DNA of 64,000 nucleotides from an uncultured Actinomycetota bacterium (lineage in GTDB: Bacteria; Actinomycetota; Actinomycetes; JAFAQI01), in contig CAVYQE010000010.1 of assembly GCA_963770565.1 (NCBI GenBank), positions 1 to 64,000 of the forward strand, written 5' to 3'. A program made the position numbers and the translations under genes. Under the pieces are notes generated by a model, which saw only the letters and a list, made by a program, of their open reading frames with translations, had not been told where the DNA came from and searched no databases. This document shows, in pieces, positions 41,145-51,136 of the stretch. Each line of letters opens with the position of its first letter. Within the stretch, counting starts at the first letter, position 1.

Positions 41145-42269
41145 CTAGGCGATCCGTTTGCGCGTCGTAGCGGCCCGGGGTTGCGCAGCTACCTGTCTCA
41201 AAGCCTTGAGGACGGTCGATGCGCTCGCGGTCCAACTCAACGCACGCGAGCGTTGCCGGCCACGGGAGCTGAGGTCCATGCGCGCGTTGGTGTTGGTCAG
41301 CAGCTCGGTGAGCGCGGCCGACCAGGAACCGACGTCGAGTGGTGCGAGGATCACTCCCGCGTCGCCGACGACCTCGGGCAGACTGCCGGTGTTGCTTGCC
41401 ACAACCGGGACGCCGGCGTACATCGCCTCGATCGCCGGGATGCCGAAACCTTCGAACAATGATGGAAAGGCGAGGACATCAGCGTTGACGTACTCGTCGG
41501 CGAGTTGCACCTCGGAGACGTAGCCGGTGAAGGTGACCGCGTCTCCGAGCATGACGCGTAGTTCGTGCTCGATCGTTTGCCCAGGCGGCGGGACGTTGCC
41601 GACGACCCGAAGCTCGACCGAAACGCCGCTCGCCCGCATCCGCGCTACCGCGGCGCCAACCGTGACGAGGTTCTTGCGCGGCAAGACGTTGCCGACCGCG
41701 ACGACGCGACGTTCGTGGTCCGGTCGTTGGCGACGGGTCGCGGCATCGACGAACGAGCCGAGGGTTGGGTCGATTGCGTTTGGAGCAACGAGTACCTGCT
41801 CGGCTGTGAGCTCGTAGCGATCAACCAACCCGCGGCGGGTGAACTCGGATGGCACAAGCAACAAAGCTGCGTGCCGAACGCTGTGATCGATCGAGGCGCG
41901 CACTCTGATGCGAAAGCGTCGAGACAGCCAGGCGTGGCTCTGTGGGTCGAAGGGGGACAGGTCGTGGATCATGACGACACAAGGTCGTCGCGTGAGTGGC
42001 TTGGTGTACTGCACGAGCAACGCATCGGCCTTCACCTGGCGCGCTAGTCTTGGCAGATCGACCGCGAGCCGGCGTACGGCCGAGCCCGACAGCGCCAACG
42101 GAGCTCTTCCGGTTAACTCGGCGACCTCGGACCGCCCGCTCTCGCCGGTGCCAAAGAAGACGTCATCCGAGCCGGTAAGGAGGGCGAGCTCGCGGCTGAT
42201 GTTGCGCGCCCAGGTTTCGTTCCCGGTCTGATGAACGCCGATGTGATGGACATCGATGAGAAACCTCAC
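41145..42269 (-). CDS. Glycosyltransferase family 4
   Basis: IHDL, PRKNL, FPSLFEGFGIPAIEAM, SLPEVVGDAG. Confidence 0.88.
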   Translation of the reverse strand: MRFLIDVHHIGVHQTGNETWARNISRELALLTGSDDVFFGTGESGRSEVAELTGRAPLALSGSAVRRLAVDLPRLARQVKADALLVQYTKPLTRRPCVVMIHDLSPFDPQSHAWLSRRFRIRVRASIDHSVRHAALLLVPSEFTRRGLVDRYELTAEQVLVAPNAIDPTLGSFVDAATRRQRPDHERRVVAVGNVLPRKNLVTVGAAVARMRASGVSVELRVVGNVPPPGQTIEHELRVMLGDAVTFTGYVSEVQLADEYVNADVLAFPSLFEGFGIPAIEAMYAGVPVVASNTGSLPEVVGDAGVILAPLDVGSWSAALTELLTNTNARMDLSSRGRQRSRALSWTASASTVLKALRQVAAQPRAATTRKRIA

Positions 42270-42475
42270 CGGCTACATCCGGTCCCACCTGTGGTCACCC
42301 CGAAACCATAACGTCCGCCACGTCGTTATCAGAGTTGTTGCGTAGGCGTGGGCGAATCCAATCCGGGTCAGAGGTCTGGACCACGCAACGCTTCCCGGAT
42401 ACACGGTCCCGACGAGGTCCGACAGTAGGTTTCAGGCGTGCACACGTTCGCGGTTCTCAGTGGTCACCACCGGAG

Positions 42476-43678
42476 GTGACTGGCTTGCGAGTGCTGGTCT
42501 TCGCGCCGTGGGTGCCGCACCCGGACATCGGCCATGCGGGCGGGCTGCTTGTGCTCGGGCACACTCGCGAGCTTGCGGCTCTCTGTGACGTGTCGCTAGT
42601 GGCGCCGACCCACGAGGGTGTGACCACCATCGAGGGCATCGACCTGGTGCCGATCGCCATCAACGTGCCGGGGCGAGGGTTGAGGCGGCGGTTGCGCTAC
42701 CTGCGCTGGCTCGCGCGAGGCCTCGGCCCAGGACCGCAGGAGTTGGATGGGCTTCGACGGTTCCTGCGATCTCCGCATGGCCGGCGACTCACCGCAGCGG
42801 CCGACGTCGTGGAAGTTCACTTCGAGGACATGTTGCCGATCCTCGACGATCTTGACCGCCGATCCCGAGTCGTCCTGTGGGCACATGACGTGGTGTCGGA
42901 GGACCTGATCGTGGCGCAGGTGAATCTGCGTTCGAGGCGGCGCCGAGTTGAGTCCCGAGTCCGGCTCGTGGGTACTCTACGAGCGGAGCGCCGACTTCTT
43001 CCTCAATGCGACGCTGCCGTCGTCTTCAAAGCTGCGGATCAAGACTCGTTGCGTTCCTTGGGGTTCACGGGTCCACTGCGCGTGGCCAGCCCGCGAATCT
43101 TCCCATCGACACCAGATGTTGAAACCCGTCCGCTGTCTGCAGAGCCGATCGTGGTGATCGTGGCGGCCTTCGACCGCGCGGTGAACCGCGAGGGCTTGAT
43201 GTGGTTCGTGAGTCGAGTTTGGCCAGGGGTACGAGACCGGGTGCCAACGGCGCGGCTCGTTGTCGTTGGAGCGCACGCACCGAGCGTGACCGTTGAAGGG
43301 GTCAAGGTCGTCGGCTTCGTGCCCGATCTGTCGTCGGTGTACGCCGAAGCCGATGTGGCCGTCGTTCCGGCACGCGGCGGCGCCGGGCTGAAATTCACGG
43401 TCGCGCAGGCGCTGACAAATGGCGTACCTGTGGTGAGCACGACCAGTGGCGCGCGCGGCTATCCGAGTCCCGACGACGCTGTCTTTCTGGTCCGCCGTGA
43501 CGACCCTGATGGTTTCGCCGCGGCCGTCGTCGAGATCTTGAACGCCCCGGATCGAGGGCGCGCCGCAGGTGCGGCCGGCCGCGCATGGTGGCGGGCTGAG
43601 GACGCGTCTCGGGCCGGCGCCGGCGCCCTTGTCGAGTGGTACTCCGATCTGGCACGGAACGGCGGCGCCGATGGATAG
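42476..43678 (+). CDS. Glycosyltransferase family 4-like
   Basis: NREGLMWFVSRVWP, GFVPDL, VVPARGGAGLKFTVAQAL, GVPVVST. Confidence 0.78.
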   Translation: MTGLRVLVFAPWVPHPDIGHAGGLLVLGHTRELAALCDVSLVAPTHEGVTTIEGIDLVPIAINVPGRGLRRRLRYLRWLARGLGPGPQELDGLRRFLRSPHGRRLTAAADVVEVHFEDMLPILDDLDRRSRVVLWAHDVVSEDLIVAQVNLRSRRRRVESRVRLVGTLRAERRLLPQCDAAVVFKAADQDSLRSLGFTGPLRVASPRIFPSTPDVETRPLSAEPIVVIVAAFDRAVNREGLMWFVSRVWPGVRDRVPTARLVVVGAHAPSVTVEGVKVVGFVPDLSSVYAEADVAVVPARGGAGLKFTVAQALTNGVPVVSTTSGARGYPSPDDAVFLVRRDDPDGFAAAVVEILNAPDRGRAAGAAGRAWWRAEDASRAGAGALVEWYSDLARNGGADG

Positions 43679-45053
43679 CCTGGCCGCCACGTGGGGCCGA
43701 GTGCGCAACTCCGGGCCGCTAGTCGTACTGCGGCTGTTGGCCCTCGGGCTCACGCTGGGTCTGTCCGTCGCGCTCGCGCGTCGTGTCGGTGCGGGGCCGT
43801 ACGGCTCATACGCGGCCGGCGCAGCGCTGACTGCGGTGGTTTTCGCGCCCGGCCCATTCGGCGCCGACCAGATGTACCTCACCGGCATGCTCAGCTTCCG
43901 CCGGGCGCTTCGCCGCGCATTGGCGGCAGGCCTCGTGTTGGCCGTGCTGACCTGCGGTGTTGCCTTGGCTTGGCCTTCGCTACCCCGAACCGCCCGGGTG
44001 TGCGCCGTCCTGTTGGCCGTTGCCGCTGCCGCTCAGACCATCTTGGCGATCTGGTTTACCGAGCCGGTTCGGCGCTTGGACTTCGCTCGCCGGGCCAGGC
44101 GGGAGCTTGCCCTCCTGATTGCCACCGTCATCGCCGGAATCGCGGCTCTGCTCGTGAGCCGGTCGGCTGAGTTGTTCGCGACAAGCGCGGTGGTGGCCAG
44201 CGTCTGCCTGTTGACGTTCGCCTTGGCCCGGCACGGGCGAGACCATCGCAGTGGCGCCCACCAGGATGAGCCTCTCCTCCGAAGCGAGTCTCGAAGCTCC
44301 TCGATCCGACATGGGTTGGCCTACTCCGCATCGAGTGTGTTCTACACGGCGTATTTCCAAGTGGACGTGGTGATCCTCGCGGCGCTGCGCGGATCGGAGG
44401 CCGCCGGACAGTATCGGGTCGCGGTGAATGCCCTGTCCGCCTTCGTTGTCATCGCGGTGGTGATGAACAACGACATCCTGCGCCCCATCCTGATCCGACG
44501 ATCGGGAGCAGAATTCGACCGAGCGTCTCGTCGTGGCCTACGGGTAGCCCTCCTCGTCGGGCTGGCTTCCGCGCTCGTTCTCGCCGTTGCCGGGCGTTGG
44601 CTCATCCCAGTGGTCTACGGCAGCGCCTATCAATCCGCAGTCCCTCTCGTCACGATTCTCGCCGCCGGGCTGCTTGCTCACTTCTACAACAGCTGGGCGG
44701 GAAACGCGTTGATTGCCGCAGGCGCGATCTCGCGCGTGGTGGCCATCCAGACCGCGATGCTGGCGGTCAACCTGGTCGCCAACCTGGTCGCGTTGCGCAG
44801 TCACGGTGCGACCGCGTGCGCCGTCATCACCGTCGTCACCGAGGTGGTGGGAGCGGTGGGCTATCTCACCGCGGCCCGATTCGGTGCCCTCTCGCGCCTA
44901 GTCGGGCGTCGCGACGACCTGAAGGCGTTTGCCCGCCTTGGCGATGGAGGCGAGGTAGTCAGCGGTGCGAGCGCCGACAGTGGTGAGGGCCCCGGGCCGA
45001 TAGTTGTCGAAACCGACGTCATCACGCCCGGCTTCGGTGAGATCGGGCCCTGA
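43671..45053 (+). CDS. Polysaccharide/oligosaccharide flippase (Wzx-like)
   Basis: About 12 TMs, LARRVGAGPYG, YFQVDVVIL..AAGQYRVA, YGSAYQSAVP. Confidence 0.78.
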   Translation: MDSLAATWGRVRNSGPLVVLRLLALGLTLGLSVALARRVGAGPYGSYAAGAALTAVVFAPGPFGADQMYLTGMLSFRRALRRALAAGLVLAVLTCGVALAWPSLPRTARVCAVLLAVAAAAQTILAIWFTEPVRRLDFARRARRELALLIATVIAGIAALLVSRSAELFATSAVVASVCLLTFALARHGRDHRSGAHQDEPLLRSESRSSSIRHGLAYSASSVFYTAYFQVDVVILAALRGSEAAGQYRVAVNALSAFVVIAVVMNNDILRPILIRRSGAEFDRASRRGLRVALLVGLASALVLAVAGRWLIPVVYGSAYQSAVPLVTILAAGLLAHFYNSWAGNALIAAGAISRVVAIQTAMLAVNLVANLVALRSHGATACAVITVVTEVVGAVGYLTAARFGALSRLVGRRDDLKAFARLGDGGEVVSGASADSGEGPGPIVVETDVITPGFGEIGP

Positions 45054-45827
45054 CCGACCCGGCGTGCGCATGCCGAGCGACTGTACGACGCTGCGGCGAG
45101 TGGGCACCGGCTCGCCAAAGGTCCGGACCCGCGTGACCTGGAAACCGGCTACCTCGAGCAAGCGGTTGAGGGTGGACGGGGTGAACTGCCAGAGATGCTG
45201 GCTTGGCCGCAGATCTACCCAACCTGATCCGGCGGCCCGACGGTCCCAGGACCCGAAGTTCGGCACCTCGATCACCAGCCGGCCGTCAGAGGGGAGCAGG
45301 CCTCGTAAAACGTGCAGAAAACCGATCGGATCCTCGAGGTGCTCGACAACGTGGTGGAGCGTGACGACTGCGAACGGTGCAAGTCGACTGGCTTCGTCCA
45401 GGCTGGAAACCGACGAGATCGACTTGCCGGCCGCGATCTCGCGCGCAGCATCCGAGATCTCAACGCCAAGGACGTTCCATCCTCGGCCTCGCGCGCGGGC
45501 CAGGAATGCGCCGGTCGCCGACCCGACGTCAAGCAGGCGATCGCCGGGGGTAGGGACGCCGAGCATCCGGAGCTCCGGCTCGAAGCGGGCGTCGTCATAA
45601 CGTGCGGCCAGTCCCGAGTCGAAGTCGCGGTGCTGCGGGTCGCCGTCCGACCCGGTGAAGTAGTCCAGGTCGTATGTCTCGGACGGGTCTCCACAGTTGA
45701 TGACAAGCCCACATGTGCAACGGCGGAATGTCGATACCAGAGGCTTCCAGCTGCCACTCACGGCCTCGCCGCATACTGGGCACCGAAGAACGCGGGTTGT
45801 CACCCGTTCGGCGTCGGCACGGCTCAC
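44898..45827 (-). CDS. Class I SAM-dependent methyltransferase with an N-terminal Cys cluster
   Basis: CPVC..CTCG, LLDVGSATG, HHVVEHLEDP, IEVPN, HLWQFT. Confidence 0.8.
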   Translation of the reverse strand: MSRADAERVTTRVLRCPVCGEAVSGSWKPLVSTFRRCTCGLVINCGDPSETYDLDYFTGSDGDPQHRDFDSGLAARYDDARFEPELRMLGVPTPGDRLLDVGSATGAFLARARGRGWNVLGVEISDAAREIAAGKSISSVSSLDEASRLAPFAVVTLHHVVEHLEDPIGFLHVLRGLLPSDGRLVIEVPNFGSWDRRAAGSGWVDLRPSQHLWQFTPSTLNRLLEVAGFQVTRVRTFGEPVPTRRSVVQSLGMRTPGRSGPDLTEAGRDDVGFDNYRPGALTTVGARTADYLASIAKAGKRLQVVATPD

Positions 45828-45889
45828 CCGTTCACTTTAGAGGCTCGCTAATCCCGCATTATGGAACGGCGCGACAGTACGTTTTATAC

Positions 45890-47791
45890 GTGCGTGCGAT
45901 CTTTGCCTTCCGTCGGCGCACCGACTTCTTCCTCGCCGTCATCGACATCGGGCTGGGTCTCCTCGCCGGGCTGGTCGCCTACTCGCTTCGCTTCGGCGGG
46001 ACCACGGTGCCCGGTTTCTACGTCGTCCGCTACCAGGCGATGACGGTCGGCCTCGCAGTCGGTTCGGTGCTCGCCGGCCGCGCGGCCGGTCTCTACCGGC
46101 GAGGGGTGCTGCGGGCGGGGGAGTCGAACGTCGAGCCGGCGGTGGAGTCGGCCCTGGCCGTCGGCCTCGCGGTGTTCCTGGTCAACCAGTTCAACTTCCA
46201 CGGCGCCCTCTCGCGGTCGTGGATCGGCCTGGTCACCCTCGCCCTCCTGCTGTTCGGAATCGGATCGCGCGCGCTGATCCGCTCCGGGCGCCGGCTGCTG
46301 GTCCCGTTCGGGATCGCCCTCGAGCGTTACGCCGTGGTCGGTGACGACCGCGCGGGTCGTCGTCTGTACGACGACCTCACCCGGGCCGCCGGCACTCCGT
46401 TCAGAGTGGTGACGCTGCTGCCGCGGGAGCTGTCACCGGCGGAGCTGTCGGCCCGCGCCAGCGAGCTCCGGCTCGAAGGGCTGATCCTGACCGCCGACAC
46501 GGACCCGGTCGTGGCCGGCAAGCTGGCGGGCGCGCTGTCCGGAGCGGGCATCGACGTCTTGCTGGCACCCGGCCTGTCCGGACTGGAGCTGCGGGTGGCG
46601 AGCGTCGCGATGTTGCACGGTGTCCCGCTGCTGCGCGCGTCCGGACTCGCGCCCCGGTATCGCGCGATCCGCACCCGGACCCGCGGCCGCGGCCACGGCG
46701 TGGCGATCCTCGGCACCCGCGGAATCCCGGCGAACTATGGCGGCTTCGAGACCTTCGCCGAGCGACTGTCGCTCTACCTGGTCGCGGCCGGGATCCCGGT
46801 TACGGTCTACTGCCGCAAGCATCACGCCACGGCCGGTACCGAGTGGCATGGCGTGCGCCTGGTCACGTTGCCGACCATCCGGTCGAAGTATCTCGACACG
46901 GTCGTGCACACCTTTCTCTCCACCGTGCACCTGGTGACCCGCACCCGAATCCGCAACGTGATGTTGTGCAACGCGGCCAACGCGCCGGCCCTGCCGATCC
47001 TTCGGCTCACCGGGCGGCGGGTGGTGCTGAACGTCGACGGGCTCGAATGGCGCCGCGGCAAGTGGGGCATCGCGGGCCGGGCGTGGTACCGGCTCGGGGA
47101 GTGGCTGTCGGTGCGACTGGCCAGCGTGCTCGTGACGGACGCCGAGGAGGTCCGGACCTACTACCACGTGCGCCATGACACGGATTCGGTGATGGTTCCG
47201 TACGGCGCCGATCCAGTGCCCAGGGGACTGCTGCTGCCGCCCGACGTGGGTGTACAGCCGGACGGCTACGCCCTCTACGTCGCCCGGTGGGAGCGGGAGA
47301 ACAATCCCGACCTGGTCGCTCGGGCGCACGCCGGCTCACACAGCACCCGCCAGCTGGTGATGCTCGGCCACGCGGCGTACGACGCCGAGCTCGAGCGCGA
47401 GGTCCGGGCCGCGGCGGCCCCGACCGCGGTGCTGCCGGGCTCGGTGTACGGCGAGACCTACACCGCGCTGCAGAGCAACGCCCGCTGCTACATCCATGCG
47501 ACCGAGGTCGGCGGGACCCACCCCGCCCTGATCGAGGCGATGGGCGCTCAGAACCTCTGCCTGGTCCTCGACACCCCCGAAAACCGCGAGGTGGCCGGAC
47601 CGGACGCGTGGTACTTCGCCGACGAGGCCGAGTTGCGCGACCTGCTCGACGAGGTCGACCGGCTCGACCAGGCCCAGCTTGCCGAGTTGCGGGAGGCGTC
47701 CGGGCAGCGGGCGGCCGAGCGCTTCTCCTGGACCCAGGTGGGCAGCACCTATCTCGCGCTGCTGACCGGGGAGGGTTCGACGACCGGCTGA
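45890..47791 (+). CDS. Fusion protein: membrane/CoA-binding-like N-terminal region of a priming sugar transferase joined to a DUF1972/GT4 glycosyltransferase
   Basis: Four TMs, YAVVG.., and HGVPLL, then VAILGTRGIPANYGGFETFAE, NVDGLEWRRGKW, EVGGTHPALIEAM. Confidence 0.75.
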   Translation: MRAIFAFRRRTDFFLAVIDIGLGLLAGLVAYSLRFGGTTVPGFYVVRYQAMTVGLAVGSVLAGRAAGLYRRGVLRAGESNVEPAVESALAVGLAVFLVNQFNFHGALSRSWIGLVTLALLLFGIGSRALIRSGRRLLVPFGIALERYAVVGDDRAGRRLYDDLTRAAGTPFRVVTLLPRELSPAELSARASELRLEGLILTADTDPVVAGKLAGALSGAGIDVLLAPGLSGLELRVASVAMLHGVPLLRASGLAPRYRAIRTRTRGRGHGVAILGTRGIPANYGGFETFAERLSLYLVAAGIPVTVYCRKHHATAGTEWHGVRLVTLPTIRSKYLDTVVHTFLSTVHLVTRTRIRNVMLCNAANAPALPILRLTGRRVVLNVDGLEWRRGKWGIAGRAWYRLGEWLSVRLASVLVTDAEEVRTYYHVRHDTDSVMVPYGADPVPRGLLLPPDVGVQPDGYALYVARWERENNPDLVARAHAGSHSTRQLVMLGHAAYDAELEREVRAAAAPTAVLPGSVYGETYTALQSNARCYIHATEVGGTHPALIEAMGAQNLCLVLDTPENREVAGPDAWYFADEAELRDLLDEVDRLDQAQLAELREASGQRAAERFSWTQVGSTYLALLTGEGSTTG

Positions 47792-47794
47792 GGG

Positions 47795-47820
47795 TCAAGC
47801 ATCGCTGCGATCGCGCCGAT
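47795..47820 (+). promoter_or_regulatory. Sigma-28-type promoter of the ligase-pilB unit (leaderless)
   Basis: TCAAG-N15-GCCGAT(GC); GTG start 8 nt downstream. Confidence 0.7.
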
Positions 47821-47828
47821 GCCACAGC

Positions 47829-49346
47829 GTGACCCAAGCCGCGGTCACGGCGTCGCCCACGACCGCTGTGACCCCTTCCGCGCGCGCGCCCGAGCCGCCG
47901 TCGAGCCCGCCTGCCCGGCTGCGTGGGATCACCCTGCTTCAAGCCAACGCTGAGACCGCTGCAGTGCTCGCCGTCTGCGCCTGGTGGCTGTTGCTCGCAC
48001 CCCGGCTCGAAGGCGGCCGCGGAGCGGGCGCGGTGACCGGGGGAGCGATCGTCACCGGCCTGGCCACGCTCGTCATCCGGCCGCACCGGTTCGCTCCGCG
48101 CGGCGCGATCTGGCTGGCGCTCGCGGTCAGCGCCGCTGCGCTCGGCGTCGCGGTGCTGGCCCCCACCGGATGGGCCGGTGCACCTGCCGCGGCCAGCTAC
48201 GTCTGCGTGAGCTGGACCGTGATCGTCGTCGCGGCGGCCGCGAGGTCCAACCCCAAGCTCGCGAACCTGATCGTGCTCATGGTCGTCGCCGGCGTCCTGG
48301 TCGAGGTCGCCGAGTCGTGGCTGGCCTGGTGGGGCGGCTCCGATGCCAGCGTGCCGATCTCCGGCACCTTCTACTGGTACGACCCGTTCGCCGCCTTCAT
48401 GCTTGCCGGCACGGTCATCGGGTTCTCCCTGTGGCTGTGGCGCTCGGGGCCGGTCGCGGCGTTCGGCCTGCTCGGCGCGGCGCTGGGCACCATCGGCCTG
48501 GTCTACTCGACCAGCCGCGCTGCCGGAGCTTGCTTCGGGATCGCCCTCCTGGCCGTCGGCGTCGTCCACCTGGCCACCCGCGGCGTCGCCGGGGTGAGAC
48601 GCCTGGTCGTCGCCCTCGCGGCGGTCGGTCTCGCGGTCTGGGGCATCGCCGGGCCGCCGTTCTTTGCGCATCGGTCGCTGCCGTTCGCGGGCACGAGCGG
48701 ACGAGCCAGCGGCCAGTCGCTGAGCCAGAACGGCGGTTATCGGCTCGACTTCTGGCACGAGGCGATCGGGGTCTTCCACCGACACCCGTTGGTCGGGGGC
48801 GGGTTCCACTCGCTCGCGTCGGCGGCGCAGGGTCACGTGCCGCCGGGCTGGCCACTCTCGCCGCTGGCCCACAACGGATATCTGCAGGCGCTGTCCGACG
48901 GCGGCCTGCTTCTCGGCGTCCCGTTCCTGCTCGCGGTCGCCATCCTCGGCTGGTACGTCGTACGAGGCTTGGTCACCGCAGTTCGCCGGCGCGAGCTCAC
49001 CTCCGCCGGGTTCGTCGTCCTGTTGTGCCTTGGTGCCCTCCTGGTGCACTCGGCGGTCGACTTCGACTGGTCGTACGCGGCCGACTTCGAGGTCGTGGCC
49101 GTCCTGGCCGGCTTGGTCGCGGCGATGCACTGGTCGCGGGACGAGCCTCAGACGCGGCCCGCGCCATCCCGGCTGGTCGCGGGCGCGGTGCTCGTCGGCG
49201 TCGTCCTCACCGGGGTGGCGGCGGTCGCCGCCTGGCCCGGAGACTTCAAGCAGTCGTTGCCCCTTGGGCACTCAGCAGTGCGGTCCCTTTGGCACTCCGC
49301 AGCGCAGGCGCCTGCGCACCCCACGAGTAGCGGGAGTTCACAGTGA
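47829..49346 (+). CDS. O-antigen ligase family (Wzy_C) protein, candidate pilin oligosaccharyltransferase
   Basis: YSTSRAA, RLDFW..HPLVGGG, AHNGYLQALSDGG, VHSAVDFDW. Stop overlaps the pilB GTG. Confidence 0.82.
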   Translation: MTQAAVTASPTTAVTPSARAPEPPSSPPARLRGITLLQANAETAAVLAVCAWWLLLAPRLEGGRGAGAVTGGAIVTGLATLVIRPHRFAPRGAIWLALAVSAAALGVAVLAPTGWAGAPAAASYVCVSWTVIVVAAAARSNPKLANLIVLMVVAGVLVEVAESWLAWWGGSDASVPISGTFYWYDPFAAFMLAGTVIGFSLWLWRSGPVAAFGLLGAALGTIGLVYSTSRAAGACFGIALLAVGVVHLATRGVAGVRRLVVALAAVGLAVWGIAGPPFFAHRSLPFAGTSGRASGQSLSQNGGYRLDFWHEAIGVFHRHPLVGGGFHSLASAAQGHVPPGWPLSPLAHNGYLQALSDGGLLLGVPFLLAVAILGWYVVRGLVTAVRRRELTSAGFVVLLCLGALLVHSAVDFDWSYAADFEVVAVLAGLVAAMHWSRDEPQTRPAPSRLVAGAVLVGVVLTGVAAVAAWPGDFKQSLPLGHSAVRSLWHSAAQAPAHPTSSGSSQ

Positions 49347-51015
49347 AGCAACTCGGCGACATCCTGCTCGACGACGGCCTCGTCACCCAGGAGCAGCTGC
49401 ACTGCTGCTTACGACGAGCAGCAGCGGGTAGGCCGCAGCCTCGGCCGGGTGCTGGTCGACCGTGGCGTGCTCACCGAGAGCCAGCTCGTCGCCGCGCTCG
49501 CCCAGCAGATCGGCCTGCGGTTCGTCGACCTGTCCGACTTCCCGGTCGACGGCTCAGCGCTGTCGACCGTGCCGCCGATCGTGTGCCGTCGCTACGTCGC
49601 CCTTCCGATCGGCTTCGAGGACGGCCGGCTGCTGGTCGCGATGGCGGACCCGGCGAACGTCTTCGCCCTCGACGACATCCGCTCGCATCACCGGCATCGA
49701 GGTCAAGCCGGTCGTCGCGACCAAGGCCGATGTCAGCGCGGCGATCGACCGCTACCACCGCGCCGACTCCGACCTCGACGACCTCACGATGGCGCTCGAC
49801 GACGAGGAAGACCCGGCGCTCGACAACGTCAAGGAGGTCGTCGAGGACGCGCCGATCGTCAAGTTCGTCAACCTGCTGATCACCCAGGCGATCCAGGACC
49901 GGGCCTCCGACATCCACATCGAGCCGACCGAGCGCGACCTGCGGGTCCGGTTCCGCATCGACGGCGTGCTGCACGAGATCATGCGCTCGCCGCGCAACGA
50001 TCCAGTCCGGCGTCATCCAGCCGGCTGAAGATCATGGCCGACATCAACATCGCCGAGCGCCGGATCCCGCAGGACGGCCGGCTGTCGGTGACCGCCAGCG
50101 GGAAGAAGATCGACCTGCGGGTGGCGACCCTGCCGACCGTGTGGGGCGAGAAGGTCGTCATGCGAATCCTGGACAACTCGACCGCGATGCTGAACCTCTC
50201 CGACCTGGGCTTCAGCGAGGGCAACTTCGAGCGTTACTCGGTGAGCTTCATCGAAGCCGTACGGGATGATCCTGGTGACCGGCCCGACCGGTTCGGGAAA
50301 GTCGACCACGCTGTACGCGACGCTGAACATCGTCAGCCGGCCCGAGATCAACGTCATCACGGTCGAGGACCCGGTCGAGTACCGGCATGCCGGGCATCAA
50401 CCAGGTGCAGGCGAACCCCAAGGCCGGCCTGACCTTCGCCACCGCGCTGCGCTCGATCCTGCGGTCCGACCCCGACGTCGTCCTGATCGGTGAGATCCGC
50501 GACCACGAGACCGCGCAGATCGCGATCGAAGCGGCTCTCACCGGTCACCTCGTGCTGTCCACGCTTGCACACCAACGACGCGCCGGCGGCGATCACCCGG
50601 CTGATCGAGATGGGCATCGAGCCCTTCCTGGTCGGGTCCGCGCTCGACTGCGTGCTGGCCCAGCGGCTCGCCCGCCGGCTGTGCGACAAGTGCAAGGAGG
50701 CCTACACGGCCGAGCCGTCGAGTGCTGCGCTCGGCCGCATTCCCGTGGGAGGACGGCGAACCGCTGCCGACGCTGTACCGCGCGGTCGGCTGCTCGGCCT
50801 GCTCCAAGACCGGCTACCGCGGCCGGCTCGCCCTGCACGAGGTCATGGCGGTCGTCCGAGGAGATCGAGCGGCTGGCGGTCGACGCGCGCGTCGGCGTTC
50901 GAGATCGGCCGGGTCGCCAGTCGAGCAGGGCATGCTCACGCTTCGGCTCGACGGCATGGACAAGGTTCGGGCCGGGGTGACCTCAATCGAGGAGATCTTG
51001 CGCGTCGTGGTGTGA
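49343..51015 (+). CDS. pilB: Type IV pilus assembly ATPase PilB (GspE/PulE), about 10 apparent frameshifts
   Basis: Pieces across frames: MshEN-like [18 protein letters not shown] and [64 protein letters not shown]. Confidence 0.88.
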
Positions 51016-51047
51016 CGGCGACCCGCCATTCGGGTGGGCCGAGGTTG

Positions 51048-51074
51048 CTCAAGACGGGGCGAATGCTGGCCGAT
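51048..51074 (+). promoter_or_regulatory. Sigma-28-type promoter of pilT-pilC
   Basis: CTCAAG-N15-GCCGAT(GC). Confidence 0.7.
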
Positions 51075-51136
51075 GCAGACGTGTGGCGGGACAGGTCTCG
51101 CTGCTCGCGGACGACCGCAGATGAGGGGACACGCAC

